A stretch of 64,000 nt of DNA from the human T2T-CHM13v2.0 reference genome, Homo sapiens. Of the stretch, positions 27,771 through 49,569 are shown one piece after another (positions within the stretch are counted from its first letter, which is position 1; every line of letters begins with the position of its first letter). Below the pieces are notes generated by a model. That model worked only from the letters and a program-made list of their open reading frames with translations. It did not search any database and was not told where the DNA came from. The translations under genes and the position numbers were made by a program. The stretch lies in the NCBI RefSeq assembly GCF_009914755.1, contig NC_060934.1; one strand, written 5' to 3'.

Positions 27771-28544
27771 CCGATGCTGCGAAGACCAGTGGGCGAGCTT
27801 AGTTTCTCATTATAACTTTAGAATATATTGAGAACTCTCAATATCAGCACTGGGGTTTTCACTATATACTGATGTATTCTTTAATTGAGTCTTTATGAAA
27901 GCTTCTTTCCTGCTCTTTAGGGACTTGCACAGTTGACTGATACCCAGATAATAGTAATGCCATGCACACAGGTAATACACTTTCAAAGGGCACTTTACAC
28001 TCCACATAGCGCCTTTCTCACATTTCACAGGAAAGAAGTCTCAGACTCAGTACCTCCAGGGTGACTTTGTGTGCAGCCCAGCACTGCGCACTGGAGAGAG
28101 AGAGGTGGAAAACCAGGCAGATCCTGCCGCCATGGAGCTTACCATCAGGTGGGGACCACGCATAGTATATAAACTTATCACAAACAAAGGGTGATTCTGT
28201 GATGTGGTCAAGGGGATGAAGGGCAAATACAAGTGCCTATGTCAGGGGTACATGATTTTGTCGGAAAGGTCTCAGGAGGCATTTTAGAAGAAATATCATT
28301 TGAGTTGAGGTCTAAAGGGATCTGGGGGTGAAGATTGGGAAGTTTCTAGGCAAGCTGTATGGTGAGCACAACCTCCCTGCAGAATGGTTTCTGGGCTGGG
28401 CTTGGCCTTGGTGAATTCGTAGCCAGGTTAGAGATGTCCGTTTGCCCACTGGAGGGACCAGTTGGTCTAGGTATCATCTAGACACCTGGGGTGCATATTT
28501 AGAGCTAATGTACATCATTTGGCTATGGAGATGGTTGAAAACAC

Positions 28545-29305
<761 letters not shown>

Positions 29306-29875
29306 CATTTAAAATAATATTAATAAAAGTAATAGTAAAACTAGGTCCTGACAGATTAATATGTGACATTTTATTTACTCTTCATAACAGTAATACTGTG
29401 AGGTAGATTCTAGTATCATCTCCATTTTGCGGGAGGGTAATTTGAAAGGTTAGGTAACTTGTCCGGGTTTCCAAATTCACTCACCTGGTGAATGACAGAG
29501 ACTGAATGGGAACTCAAGCTGTTTTAATTCCAAAATGCAGGTGACAGAAACATTGTGCTGTCCTGTTTACAAGTAGAGGAAACGGGAAGTATAAGAAAAG
29601 GGTGGTAAAGTTAGCTGAGGTTTTACTCTGTGAAATAAAACTGCGCAACAGCTGTATCCGTCTTTCAAGGTCCCATTTAAAAGCCACCTCCTCCTTGAGG
29701 TCTTCCATTGACTGTCTAGGAACAAGGAAGCCACAGAGGCACAGGTGTAAGTGCCCTCTGGGTCAGGCAGATAAGATCAATGAGTGACTGGGCCAGGTCT
29801 GGGAGACAATATGATATTCAGGGGAACTGGGGAGCGCACGACTGGTTTGAGGCATGCCTCTAAAATGTTCCTCTT

Positions 29876-30053
29876 GAGCCAGGTGCCATGGCACATGCCT
29901 GTAATCCCAGCTACTTGGGAGGCTAAGCGGGGAGGATCACTTGAACCCAGGAGTTCAGGGTGAACCATGATTGCACCACTGCACTCCAGCATGGGCAACA
30001 GAGTAAGATCCTGTTTCTAGTAAAAAAAAAAAAAAATTAATTAAAAAAATAAA
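29876..30053 (+). mobile_element. Alu monomer (FAM/FRAM-like)
   Basis: Single right-arm-like monomer with A tail. Confidence 0.75.
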
Positions 30054-30099
30054 ATGCTCTTCAGTTTCTACCTAGCATTGCTGGGCAGGAATGTCAGTC

Positions 30100-30508
30100 T
30101 GAGATATTGACAAATCTTTCCATTTTTCAAGAGAAGCCAGAAACCTAGATTTTCATGTGATTTTAGTTGACCATTCTATTTATTTATTTATTATTTATTT
30201 AAGACAGAGTCTCGCTCTGTCGCCCAGGCTGGAGTGCAGTGATGCCATCTCGGCTCACTGCAACCTCCACCTCCTGGGTTCAAGTGATTCTCTCTACGTC
30301 AGCCCCGCTGAGTAGCTGGGATTACAGGAAAGCACCACCACGCCCGGCTAATTTTTGTATTGTTAGTAGAGATGAGGTTTTGCCATGTTGGTCAGGCTGG
30401 TCTCACTGCACCTGGCCCAATCCAATTTTTAAAACACTCTTTGTGGGCCAAACAAAATGTGTCTTCTGTCCAGATGTGGCCCACAGGCTGCCACCTTGCC
30501 ATCTCTAG
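30100..30508. mobile_element. MER103C-like element interrupted by an antisense Alu (30177-30418, internally deleted)
   Basis: ttttcaagagaagccagaaacctagattttcatgtg ... tgtgggccaaacaaaatgtgtc...tggcccacaggctgcca. Confidence 0.6.
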
Positions 30509-31606
30509 AGCAAAGCTTTGGACTATTACAGTTTTTAAAACTTTCTCATATTTGGCCCATTTTCTGTAACTAAAGCAAAAAGAACCGTTGGTCCCAAAGG
30601 GGCTGTTAAAAATGGGGTGGGGAGAGCCACGTGGATAAAGCCAGGGCTCTGGAGTCTGGAGGGATGGCAGGAAGAGATGTGCAAGAAGAAGAGCTTGGCT
30701 CTGCCCTGGAGTCTACATTTAGGCTTGAGGAGGGAGGCAGGGACCAGCTGTGGAAAGAAGTGCATGAGTGTGAAGGTGACCTGTAGCCATCCTGGAAGGT
30801 GTCCTGGAGAAGGGGCCCTTGAAAACACCTAGGGATGGATGAGGGTAAGAGATGAGAAAATCCTAGGCAGAAGCAAAGCCACAGGCAAGTAGGAAGGAAG
30901 GACATACCAATACCGGATATGGTCTGGATTTGGTAAGAGAGCACAGGTCTAGTGGGAAATGAGGTAGACTGAGGCCAGACTGCAGGGGAGCCTAGCATGT
31001 CATGTGGACTTGAATCTGAAGGCGGTGCTGCTGAATAAATTCACATGTCTGTTTTCTCTTTCTAGTTAAAATATAAACCCTTAGCCTTGAAGAGTAGTTA
31101 AATGGAGTGTGAATATTTACTCTGCCAGTTAGTAGCTGTGTGTCATCTTGACCAACTTGCTTAATCTCTCTGGCATCTCAGTTTCTTATCTGTGAAATGG
31201 CTTGATCTTGCTGGGCTAAGAATGTCAAGTGAGATGCTTATGGGCATAGAGCACAAAACCATGACCTGGCTTATCCTAGGTCTGCAGCAGATGTTGGTTA
31301 TTGACCCTGCCCTCCCTGGTCAGGGACCACATCCTAAGTTTTGAAGTCTTAGTGCTAGGCTGTTAATAACTCCTTAATAACTAATTTATGGGTTGAGATA
31401 TTGGACTATTATTTGAAAAACAGGAACTAAGGAAACTATCATATTAAATAGAGTTAAACTTCCTGGTTTTTCATTTACCCCAAAAGACTTCTCTTGTGTT
31501 TAGGTTCAACATTTTTTATCTATATCTGTGATTTCCAGTCACTTTGAAGGAGACATGTTCAAATCCATTCTATTCTGTTCCATGTAGATGTTAAAGGTAC
31601 ATTAGG

Positions 31607-31925
<319 letters not shown>

Positions 31926-33177
31926 TTAGGGGACATCTCTTCCATTGGCCATGTCAAAATTAACTGAGATAGGAGGAGATGGAGTCAAGAGACAAAACTG
32001 GCTTCCCAGATGTTTGATCTAAGTGCCCCACCCTCCACCCTGCCCTTTCATGATGCAACCATCAGGAAACCTGGTATTGATCTGCAAAATGTGCAAAACA
32101 TTGAATTCATTTTAAATATACCCACTATTCCTCCATTTCAAAAAAGTTTCCTGTATTTTCTTTTCTTAAAAACACCCCTAACTTGAAAATTTGCTTCATC
32201 CCTTTGTCCCCTTCCACCCCACCGTCTTCCTCATTTGGGGATGCTCATGGTAGAGGGTGTATTCCAATCCAACTCTGAAAGATGCAAAAAGCATCAGCCA
32301 GACCATGTAAAGGGAAAGGTCCCAGCCAAAATGGCTGGGGGGAATCTCAGAAGGATCTTCCAAATAGAGGTAGCCTGCTGGGCCATTAAATCCTTTTGCT
32401 TTGGGTTAATCCCACAGTGTATATCAGATCACTAGAATTCAGATGAAAACACTGCTGTAGTACTCAGTCTCCTCGCCAAATGATTCCAAAATATATAGGT
32501 TATAAATACAGAAAAAATAACTGAATTCGATATTTCTTAAGTGAAATAATCTGTTCCTTGTGAATATTCTCTGTAATAGTCTAATAGTATTTTGTGCTCC
32601 TGGGGGCTGAGTGTGTTTTTAGCAACAATGCATTGGTTGTAAAATATGCATCCCTAACTATCTGGACAGACAAGAAAGAGGGCTCTAGTAAAAAGACTGA
32701 AGTTTTTTTTTTTAAATGCAGATCGTATGAATCACATAAATGGTGGTGTCTAAAAATTATCAACAAGCTCTGGGTTTGTTTTTATTTCTTTACATTATAG
32801 GTCCTCTTTCTCACTCCACATTTTTGATATTACTAGATCAGTAATTCAAGAGACAGCCAAGCAGGTGTTCACATCTCTCCTGACCCCCAGAATTCCTTAA
32901 ATGACCCCTTGAGGCAGTGGAGTAAAAACATTCTCAGCATGTCAGAATATTGAGATATCTCAGTTGTCTTAATTTTTTTTTCTTTTTGCCTTAATCTTTA
33001 CAGGCTTTTTGTGTGTCCTTTTTTCTCTCTGCTTAAGCCAAGAGGAATCTTGCTTCAGTCTTGGCCATGAAGATTGAGGGACAGGAGGACAGGGTCTGCA
33101 GATTGTACTTACAGTTAATACAGTTCTAACTGCTCAGCTGTGCCAGCTGACTTTTCTAATTGGTCTTTAAAAGATGA

Positions 33178-33452
<275 letters not shown>

Positions 33453-34016
33453 TAAAAGATGACTCTTAAATGAGTAGATGGAAAAAAAAGGAAGATGGGG
33501 CTTGGAATTCTCATATGGTAGTTAAGGGCATAACATAATATTGCTCTTGAAAAAATATAACATTTATATTTTTAAATATGGGCCTTTGACTATAACCTTT
33601 TATTCAATTAAATTCAATCAATATTTATTAGGATGTACCAGGGTACTATGGGGGGTGATAAGGGGATGAATAAAATCAGCTTCTTTCTCTCTAGTTAGAG
33701 GAGATCAAACATGTTCAAGTTAGCCATACTTGGCAAGATTATATGGCCTCTTTCATACTGAAAAATACACTCACATTGTTAGATAGTATTCTTAGAAATT
33801 TCTATGGATACCCCTCCAAAATGAAAGATCTCTCATACAGGCAGTTGATTTAGGATTTAGGCAGTTGCATGAAGTATTTTACTATTGGTTTGTCGTCAAC
33901 TCTGCAGAAAATTATCTAATTTCTAGGAATACTTGAAACATTTAGCACCTCATTTTACAAACTTTATTTTATTGTCATACAATGGTGTGTAAATGTGTCC
34001 TGTGTTAAAGATGGTT

Positions 34017-34582
34017 GTATCGGTTATCTATTGTTGTGTAACAGATTACCCCAGATTTGGTGTCTTGTTAAAACAACACTTACTATCCACAGTTTCTGTG
34101 GGTGGCAAGTCTGAGTAAGGCTTAGCTGGGTGCCTCTTGCTAAGGGACTCTCAAAGCTCCAGTCAAGGTGTCCTCCCCAGCTGTGGCCATCTGAAAGCTC
34201 TGTAGAGGGAGGATCTATTAATACTTCAGACCCACTCACTTGCCTGTTGACAGGTCTCAGATCTCTCAGGCTGTTGGACTGAGGCCCTCAGTTCCTCTCA
34301 GGCAGTGGGTCTGGGTCTCCCTGGCTTCCTTGCTGGGCCACATGGGCCTCTCCATAGGGCAACTCAAACATGGCAACGGACTCCCCTCAGAGTGTAAGGT
34401 GTAGGAATGAGACACAAGCCATAGTCCTTTTATAACCTGATGCTGGAAGTGACATCCCATCACTTTTGCCTAATTCTGTTTGTTAGAAGTGAGGCATTAT
34501 TGTCTAGCCCACACTCAAGAGCAGGAGATTATTAGGAGGTTGCATATAATCTCAGGGGACCATCTTCGAGGCCACCTATTAC
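34017..34582 (-). mobile_element. MLT1 (MaLR) LTR, MLT1F/G-like
   Basis: tgtatcggttatctattgttgtgtaacagattacccca ... gaagtgacatcccatcacttttgcc ... ggggaccatctt...ca. Confidence 0.75.
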
Positions 34583-34628
34583 AGCTGGCAACAGAGCCAA
34601 TCACTTCAGTGTACAGCTCATCTGATGA

Positions 34629-34921
<293 letters not shown>

Positions 34922-35147
34922 TAACTATAGATGACATACACAGTAGACTGCAGATTGCCTAATCTTTTGAAGATTTGTTAGTCTTACAGCATGTCAACAA
35001 GCCATATCGGGTCTTTTTTACATCTAATGTCTTGATCATTGCATTTGGAGAGTTTTGCTGGAAAGGGCATTGTGTCTGGTTAGATGAGAAATCGGCAGAG
35101 AGAAATGAGGAAGGAGGATCCTGTAGCTGATATAAACAGGCTCCTTA

Positions 35148-35507
<360 letters not shown>

Positions 35508-36039
35508 TCATGTTGGCATACGGCCATGGAAAGAAGACCTAAAAATCCACATGAGAGGGATTCTTGTCCCAGGTGTGTTTCTCATGAGTGTATCTACAAG
35601 AGGTGAGCATCTCCTGGCCCTCCTTCCATGTTGTGTATACGTCAGGAGAGCAGCTGGTCTGCCATCTTTTAAATTCTGTGCAAGTTAACTGTTTTGTGAG
35701 AAGACTCATTGATCTTTCTTTCTGGAAGTGTGCAGTTTGGTCTTCAGCAAAGTGCTCACAACATACATATGTAGGCATTAGAGCTTTGAGAAAAAGGTAG
35801 TATTAAACAGATTCTGGCCAATGTTTTTTTAATGCATAATGATGTTCAGTGATACTGGTTAATTTTTAATAATGGAAATTGATTTATGGGGTGGCTTCCA
35901 TGTTAAACCTAGTGGGAACTTAAAGAAAAGGGGTCTGGATTCAAATTGAGGAGCATGCATCAGCAGTAAGACATACACATGGGGCATGTTGTATGTTTTT
36001 CTTTTTTTAGCCTTAAATGTAACCATGTACCACGTTTCT

Positions 36040-36385
36040 CCCAGTGGCTTCACGTGTGCTGTTCCTCTGCCCACAGTGTCCTGTGTTCTTCCCCATCTTC
36101 CCTCACCTCTTAACTTGGCTGCTTCCTTTTCTTTCTCAGGGTCTGAGCAGAGAGACCTTTCCTGACCACTCAATTTCAGTCATCCCCGCTTCCACCCCTT
36201 GCCCCATCAATGCCTCTTCTCGTCCTTTTGCATCAGATTTTGTTTACTATCTGGCTCTTCTACCCAGTCCACACATACATGACTATCCGCTCTAGAGGAG
36301 TAGGGGTTTTGTCTGTTTTATTCCTGGCTGTAACCCCAGTGCCTGGCATAGAGTCGGTGTTCAATAAATATTTGTTGAACTGATA
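36040..36385 (+). mobile_element. L2 3' end
   Basis: cccagtgcctggcatagagtcggtgttcaataaatatttgttgaa. Confidence 0.7.
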
Positions 36386-37774
36386 AAATCACTTATGACC
36401 ATTTTTCATTATATAAACCACATTTAGCTAAGGGCTTACGTTTACTGTCCATCTCCCCCACCTTGGCTGCTGTATGACTCAGAGAGGCTTGTTCCCCAGC
36501 TGTTCCTAGTGCCTAGCACAGCTCAGAATAGATGCTTGCAACACTGAAGATGAAAGAGTGAGTGAACTCTCTGACAAAGGACTAGAAGGAGTGTGAGCTG
36601 CACTTCCCAGGAAAGGAGCAGGAGACTCTGCCTGGGCGCTGTGTGTTTCTGAAGGGCAGCACCATGTCTTATCCATCCTTATCTCTGTAGCTGATACTCA
36701 GCCCAGTGCTTGGCACAGAGCAGAGAGTCAATACAAGGTAATTGGATCAGATTGAATTGAGTTTGGGAAAAGCTAGAACAAAATCTCTCCTGACAACAAC
36801 ACTGGATGAAGCTCAGCTTGTGAATGCTCTCTTAAAGGTGGCAGAGATGACTCCTCCTGGATTCCCTCCTGTGATTGTTTTGTCAGGATGCCTAGTAGTA
36901 TGCATCTATTCATTCATTTATTCATTCTTTCTTTAAGCTCCACCTGCAAGGATGCAGAGCACAGGGCATGGAAAGCTGCACAAGTTTTCAGCCCCACCTT
37001 TAGAAAGCATGTCTTGAGGAAAAGTTAGGCTGTATTCTCTGGCTTGTACAACCTCCCCGAGGAGGCAAAAGAGTTGGACTCAGGCGGTTGTAGTTGCTTG
37101 AGTCTGTCCTTTGTGTTGGCCTCCACACCACAGTCGTTGAACAGGAGTAGAAAAAGCACCAACTGTGGTTGCAAATTGGCTTTTGCATTAATCCTGGCTT
37201 ATTGAAAAACACTCAATATTTTTCCAAACTGAATTTAGGGCTTTTGACTGAAGCCTGAATCATTTACTGCAGCAGAGCATATCACTAGTCTAGGAAAAAC
37301 TAGAACTTATAAATACAAAGTCCGTTTAAGTAATCCAATATAGGATAATTACATTATTAAATAAAGCTATGGGTCTCAAATTATCCCACTGCCTTTGTAC
37401 ATGTGAGGATAATAATGTGAACTGTGCTAAGTGAACAGAGTAAAAAAATTTAACAAGAATGGAGTGTGTCTAAATCATATGTTTATGTTTAAACAGAGGC
37501 TACAGAAAACAGGAAGATTTACTCGGTTTGTACATTAAAGTGTCCTAAATAGGCATAAGGCTGTCAGTGATTCTTGGAAGACTGCTCTTCTAATTAATGG
37601 CAACGGTATATTGAGACTCTGTGCCAGATGACCAGTAAGCTTTAATAATTCAGATTTTCATACACCAACAGGGGCCAAGGGTTTTCTTCTTCCTTTGAGG
37701 GTCTTTATGGGATAGACTCTGCTGGATGATGTACCTGGGCAGAAGGTCATGTGCCTGCAAAAGTGGATGAAAAA

Positions 37775-38175
<401 letters not shown>

Positions 38176-39416
38176 TTACATATGGCTTAACTGAGCATAA
38201 CACTGGAATTGGGCTCATTTATCTTCTTTGTTAATGTTTTAATGGCCAGAGCTAACTGGGTGCCAAGCTAGCTTTTATTATGGCAACCTGAAAGGAGTTA
38301 AAAAAAAAATAGACCATGGAGTTTACACCCTATTAATTTGGCCAGAGAAAAAGTAGGCAGGCTTAACTAACACTGATATAAGTAAAGCCTCTTCTTTGCA
38401 TATCAAATGCTTGACTGTTTAGAGAGAAAGTATGTAGGACACTGGGATGCAATTTTCTGCTCTCTGTGTAAGTTGTCTTTTATTTTAGGGAGGAAAAAGG
38501 TACATGCATGGTAAGCCCAAGAGGAAAGAAATGGAACAGGGAATTATGAGAGGGTGTTTCTAGGACTTTCTCTGGAGATGGTCAGGGGAGCAGGCTGCAG
38601 CCGACCAGGTTTTAGATTAGTGTGTATTAAAAATGTATTTAGGAACATAAAATATTTAGGATTTTTGAATTACTTGTTTGATACGCAAATGCCGTTGGCT
38701 ATAACCATGAAGGATGGTCGCGTTACATTTAACAAAGCGTGCCTCAGAGCAATCTTCTGTTTGTTTACTCCCTCCTCTTGTGCCCGGATGGATTTCCAAA
38801 ATTCATCGAGCCACAGGCGTCAAAGATCTGGTGAGCAGGATGGAAAAGGTTGGAAGAGGAGGGGCTAGCTTGGGAAATTAGAACCCAATACACTAAAGAG
38901 CCTCCGTGGCAAATCATTTCATCATGTTAAGGGAGTCAAATTAAATCTTAGCACATACTTCAGAGTCTATCTTCATTGCTCTGACAACAGAAAATTCTTT
39001 ACATTTTTAACTAGCACATGAGTGGTGATTTCTGCCGTCTTTCTTTGGGAACAAAAACACGATAAAAATTAAAAATTAAAATCCTTTTTGTGAAGTGACT
39101 TGAAATCCCATTCACCCCAGGGAATTGGCAGGAGGTGGGGAAAGGTGCATTTGTCCCAGGGAGGGAGTAGGTTGGGATGTGACTACTGTCAAGGTTTAAA
39201 TGACCAGTTTTCCAGAAAGAAGATGATGCTACCATGCTGGTTTCTGGTTCCACTTCAGTTTTTTCATCTCTAAAATGAGTTAAGACCACCTATCTCAGAA
39301 AGTCCTTATAGGGATTAGATGGGATAATGTCTATTAAATTCGTAGACTAGTGTCTGTGTCAAGTAAAGCATCTCTGAGTTTTCTGCAGCTGTGTCCTTGA
39401 GAGCTGGGGAGGATGA

Positions 39417-39775
<359 letters not shown>

Positions 39776-39787
39776 TCAAGCCTATTA

Positions 39788-39867
39788 TTAGGTTGGTGCA
39801 AAAGTAATTGCGGTTTTTGCCATTGAAAGTAATGGCAAAAACCACAATGACTTTTACAGCAATCTAA
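39788..39867. mobile_element. MADE1 (Hsmar1-derived MITE, miR-548-family hairpin)
   Basis: 80 bp: 37-bp inverted arms around a 6-nt spacer, TA on both flanks. Confidence 0.93.
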
Positions 39868-40714
39868 TAATTGTCTTCTGGTCCAACCTTCCCTTGGAGA
39901 TACCAGCAGGAGTTACAGGACCATTATTGTTCCTAGACAAAGAATTAAGAAGAGTTAGGAACATGCACAGTTACCCACAAGGGACATTTGAATCCCACTT
40001 GCCCTCCCTTCATTTTCTGCTCAAGAGATAATATATAATAGTAATCACCATTATTTCATGGATGCCTACTCTGTGTTGACCATTGTATTGTAACAACTAC
40101 AGCATCCTAACTACCCTATGTAGTTGGTTACTTTATCCTATTTTCCCCATTTTTTTTATATGAGACCTTGACAAGTCCAAGAATAACATAGACTTGCCAG
40201 GGTCTCATCTAAAAAATGAGGAAAATAGGCTAAAATAACACAGTAGAGCTGCACTTGAACCTCAGTCCATCAGACTCAAAAGCCAGGGTTTTCTCAGCTC
40301 TCCCTTAGTTTCTTCCAACATGGTACATTCAGAGATGATGTACCATTAAAATAAGCACTTGGTGCTTTGGGCCCAACACAGGCCTTGGCTCTTTGGGAAG
40401 TACAAGAGAAGTGGAAGTTAGGCAAGGAAACCTGCCTCTAAAAAATATTTGCAATTGAGGTGTTTACTGTAGAAGACAGAATTATGCAATTCAGCATCAA
40501 ATACTAGTGCCTAATAAAGATTTAACATTATGTCACAGGTAATAAGAACAGTAAGTCCCAGTTCAGGGACCAACTTAGATGAGATAGCTTTTTATTTTGC
40601 CTAATAAGGACATTCAAAAACAACTACCAGCATCTTTTGATATCATCATTTCAGAGAAAATAAAGGATATTATAATACCGCATGAAAGAAACGAGAAGGG
40701 ATAAAAGTCTCCAG

Positions 40715-41508
40715 CGGAGAGTGTGTGGAGTCCCTCCATATCAGGGCCACTCCTTTCTTTTCTCTGCTTTCTGCCCTGGGAGGCTGACCTATGCGGGCTC
40801 CATTAACAGAGGCCCTGGGCACTGTGGTTTCCGGTGGGGTTTACTCATAGAGGTGCTGGGAGCGGGAGGAAGGGAGAAGTGTGGAGGCAGGTATTTATTC
40901 CCTGTTGCTTCCCTTCAGGCTGGTCCCTTCAGGCTGGTGGCATCCCTTTAAGGAAGAGTCATTGTGTTTGGTAGAAGGGTCTTCTCTATTCTGGTAATCA
41001 CTCCCACCCCTCTGCGGCCCTTTAGCCCAGGAGTGGTGATGGCTGAGCTGCTCCAGCCCAGGTTCCTGTACTGTGTATCTCTTACGATTCCTTTACATCC
41101 CAACACCTCTGTCACTTGTTCCAGTGTAAAACCTCCCCTTGAATTATTATTACTATCATTATTATTATTGAGACAGGGTCTCAACTCTGTCACCTAGGCT
41201 GGAGTGCAGTAGCACAATCATGGCTCACCGCAGCCTCAACTTCCTGGGCTCAGGTGATCCTCCCATCTCAGCCTCCTGAGTAGCTGAGACTACAGGCACC
41301 TGCCACCATGCCTGGCTCATTTTTGTATTTTTTGTAGAGATTGGGTTTTGTACAGGCTGATCTTGAACTCCTGGGCTCAAGCAATCCACCCACCTTGGCC
41401 TCCCAAAGTGCTGGGATTACAGGCATGAGCCACCGTACCTGCCCCCCAACTTGAATTATTATTACTCAAGTATTCCATTGGTTTCCTGTTGGGATTCTGA
41501 CTGATACA
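40715..41508 (+). mobile_element. LTR33 (ERVL) interrupted by an antisense AluJ (about 41145-41445)
   Basis: gggaggctgacctatg, ggtatttattccc and terminal tttcctgttgggattctgactgataca; Alu TSD cttgaattattattact. Confidence 0.65.
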
Positions 41509-42342
41509 AGGAGAGTCCTTGAAATCTAGCAAGTTTAGCTTAATGAAGCTTGACTGCATTGTCCCCATTTTTCTCATTTCACCGCTGACCAGTGAAAGCT
41601 TCATCTTGTTTGATCCATATTACCATCCTGTCTTTTCTGACTTTCTTGGATTCCGAGTGGCAACTACTTATCTGTAGTGTGAAACCTTTTTACTCCCTCT
41701 GTAGATATCCCATTAGCAGAATACACTAATGTGTAATGGGGAGAACAGTTGGGCAAACTGGTAGGTACCTCAAATTGCAGTGTGTCTGAGGGAGGCTTGA
41801 AAGCAAGGGAGTGGCCAAACCACCCAGGCTTCGAGGTGGTACATTCTTCCCCCTACCCGTCTCCATTGGTGCACACCAGAGGCACATGCACCTGCCAGGA
41901 ATGGTTCCGTCAGGACACAAGCTGAAGTGGTTGTAGTTAGTCTGTCTAAAAGTTGACTCTTAACAGAGTTCCTTCATTTTTAATTTCTATCTTAATTAAA
42001 GTTTGCCACCCTCATGCAACTAGTTGGACTAGTATTTCGGTGTCACAATTTATTTAGCTAATACCTCATATTGTTGTTTTTGTGTTCCCAACATTTATCA
42101 TGTTTCAAATGCTACAAAGTACATTTTGAAAGCCTGGGATGTTCAGGGAAGACTGAGGTGAGTATGCCATGCTTTCCTGTTCTTGTTCCATCCCCTCCCT
42201 GCCAACCCGTCTGATATTACACTTGTGCATTTATTGTCCTTGGGATGCTAGGTGATTATAGCTCTCCTTACCAATGATCTGTTACTGGGTACAACACAGT
42301 ATGATAAGAAAAGTTCATGTTCTTTCTCTGGAGGGATGCCAT

Positions 42343-42743
42343 ATTAGTAAGGATATAGGTTCAGCTGTGTGTAACAGAGACTCGTATATTATAGTTGCTT
42401 AGATACATTGGGAGTTCAAAATCTCTTATCATGGTACAGACGTAGATGGCTCACAGGGCTAGTGTGGTGGCTTTGCTCTGTGAGGTTGTCTAGGGACTGG
42501 GCTCCTTTTTCTCCTGAGCAATTTGCCCTCATTCTTATGGTCCAAAGCTACACTTATTCCCTTTGAGGGAATTACATCCGGGAAGGACATCACTAATACT
42601 CATATCCTGTAGTCATAATTTGGTCACGTGACTGCACCTGGCTGTAAAAGGAAGCAGAAAAAGGACGCCTTTATTCTCCACCCAGCAATTTAGCAGTTTA
42701 TTATTAGAAAGGAAGAATAGATATTATGGAGAGGTTAGCCACA
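42343..42743 (-). mobile_element. Old MLT1 (J/K-like) LTR
   Basis: ggttcagctgtgtgtaacagagac ... ttggtcacgtgactgcacctggctgtaa. Confidence 0.55.
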
Positions 42744-43097
42744 GTTGGGAAGTGTTAAAGTCTCCTTGTACCAGGCAAGATATTTTCTTACAAGTAAGTC
42801 AAAGGGAAGGCTGTGCAGTTCCGCTGAGCTTGAGTTGACTCTGAGGCATCCAAATTGATAACAAGGGACTAGAGTGTGGATGAATTTTTGGGACCAAACA
42901 GTACAATGTAGTCATGGGCTTTAGGGGTGAGCACTGGAATCCCCATAGAGAATGATTTCTTTAAGGAGTGATATGCAGAGAAAGAAGACCACATCCCAGA
43001 TTGCATCTAAGTATATGTTTCATACATTTTCCCAGTTGGGAGATGGAATGAGGAAGAAGAGAAATTGAATAAAGCAAAGAAATGTAGAGGTGATAGA

Positions 43098-43882
<785 letters not shown>

Positions 43883-44149
43883 GGAAGGAGAGTTTCAAGT
43901 CAAAATTAGGGTTGTTCATTACCAAATGCTACAAAGAAGTTAAAGAAATTGAAGAATAAGAAAACGCCTTGGGTTAGTGACATAATACCATGGCTCTCAA
44001 AGTTTCGGACTCAGGACCCTTTACACTCAACTTATTGAGGGCCCCAAGGAGCTTTTGTTTATGTAGGTTATACCTACTGATATTTACTACAGTAGGAATT
44101 AAAACTGAGAAATAATTTTAAAATATCTATTAATTCATTTAAAAATTAT

Positions 44150-48595
<4,446 letters not shown>

Positions 48596-49187
48596 ATAGC
48601 AATATAAACTCATTATGTAAATGTAACGCACTTTTTATGAAAGTTAACCATATTTTCAAAAACAACAAAAAATTAGTAAGAACAGTGGCATTGTTTTACA
48701 TTTTTTGTAAATCTCTTTACTGTCTAGCTTTATATAGAGAGCGGAGTTCTCATATCTCCTTCTGCATTCACTCTGTTGTGATATCACATGTCACATCGTT
48801 TCTGGAAAACCCTACTATATATACACTTGAAAGAGGATGAGAGTGAAAAAAGCCAGTAATGTCTTAGTAGTTTTAGGATCATTGTTTTGACCCTGTGGAC
48901 CATCTGAAATGGTCTCAGAGATTCCCGAGGGTTTCTGAACCCACTTTGAAAACCAATGATATAACACATTGTTCCAAATTTTATTTTCATAGCATCTTGA
49001 CTTTTATTTTTCTGGCTATATCCACATGTTCCCTGTGTTTACTTAATGCCTATGTTCAAATTGGCCCTTTTTTAAAACTTGCTATATCTCCTATAAATAG
49101 AAAACCAGTACCACCTTCCCATAAATAGTAAATACAAAACAAATAAGCAATGAAAAACTTAATATACATTTTAAAAGTTTATTTCTG

Positions 49188-49497
49188 GGCCGGGTGCGGT
49201 GGCTCACGCCTGTAATCCCAGCGCCCTGGGAGGCCAAGGCAGGCAGATCACCAGAGGTCAGGAGTTCGAGACCATCCTGGCCAACATGGTGAAACCCTGT
49301 CTCTACTAAAAGTACAAAGATTAGCCAGGCGTGATGGCAGGCACCTGTAATCCCAGTTACTAAGGAGGCTGAGGCAGGAGAATCGCTTGAACCTGAGAGG
49401 CAGAGGTTGCAGGAGCTGAGATCGTGCCACTGCACTTCAGCCTGGGCTACAGAGTGAGACTCCGTCTCAAATAAATAAATTAATTTAATTAAATTAA
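49188..49497 (+). mobile_element. AluS
   Basis: Full dimer with (AAAT)n tail. Confidence 0.88.
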
Positions 49498-49569
49498 AAG
49501 TCTACCTGTGAACCATCTAAAATCATCTCTGCATGCCACGGTTTGGAAAACACCAATTTAGAGAAGAAA

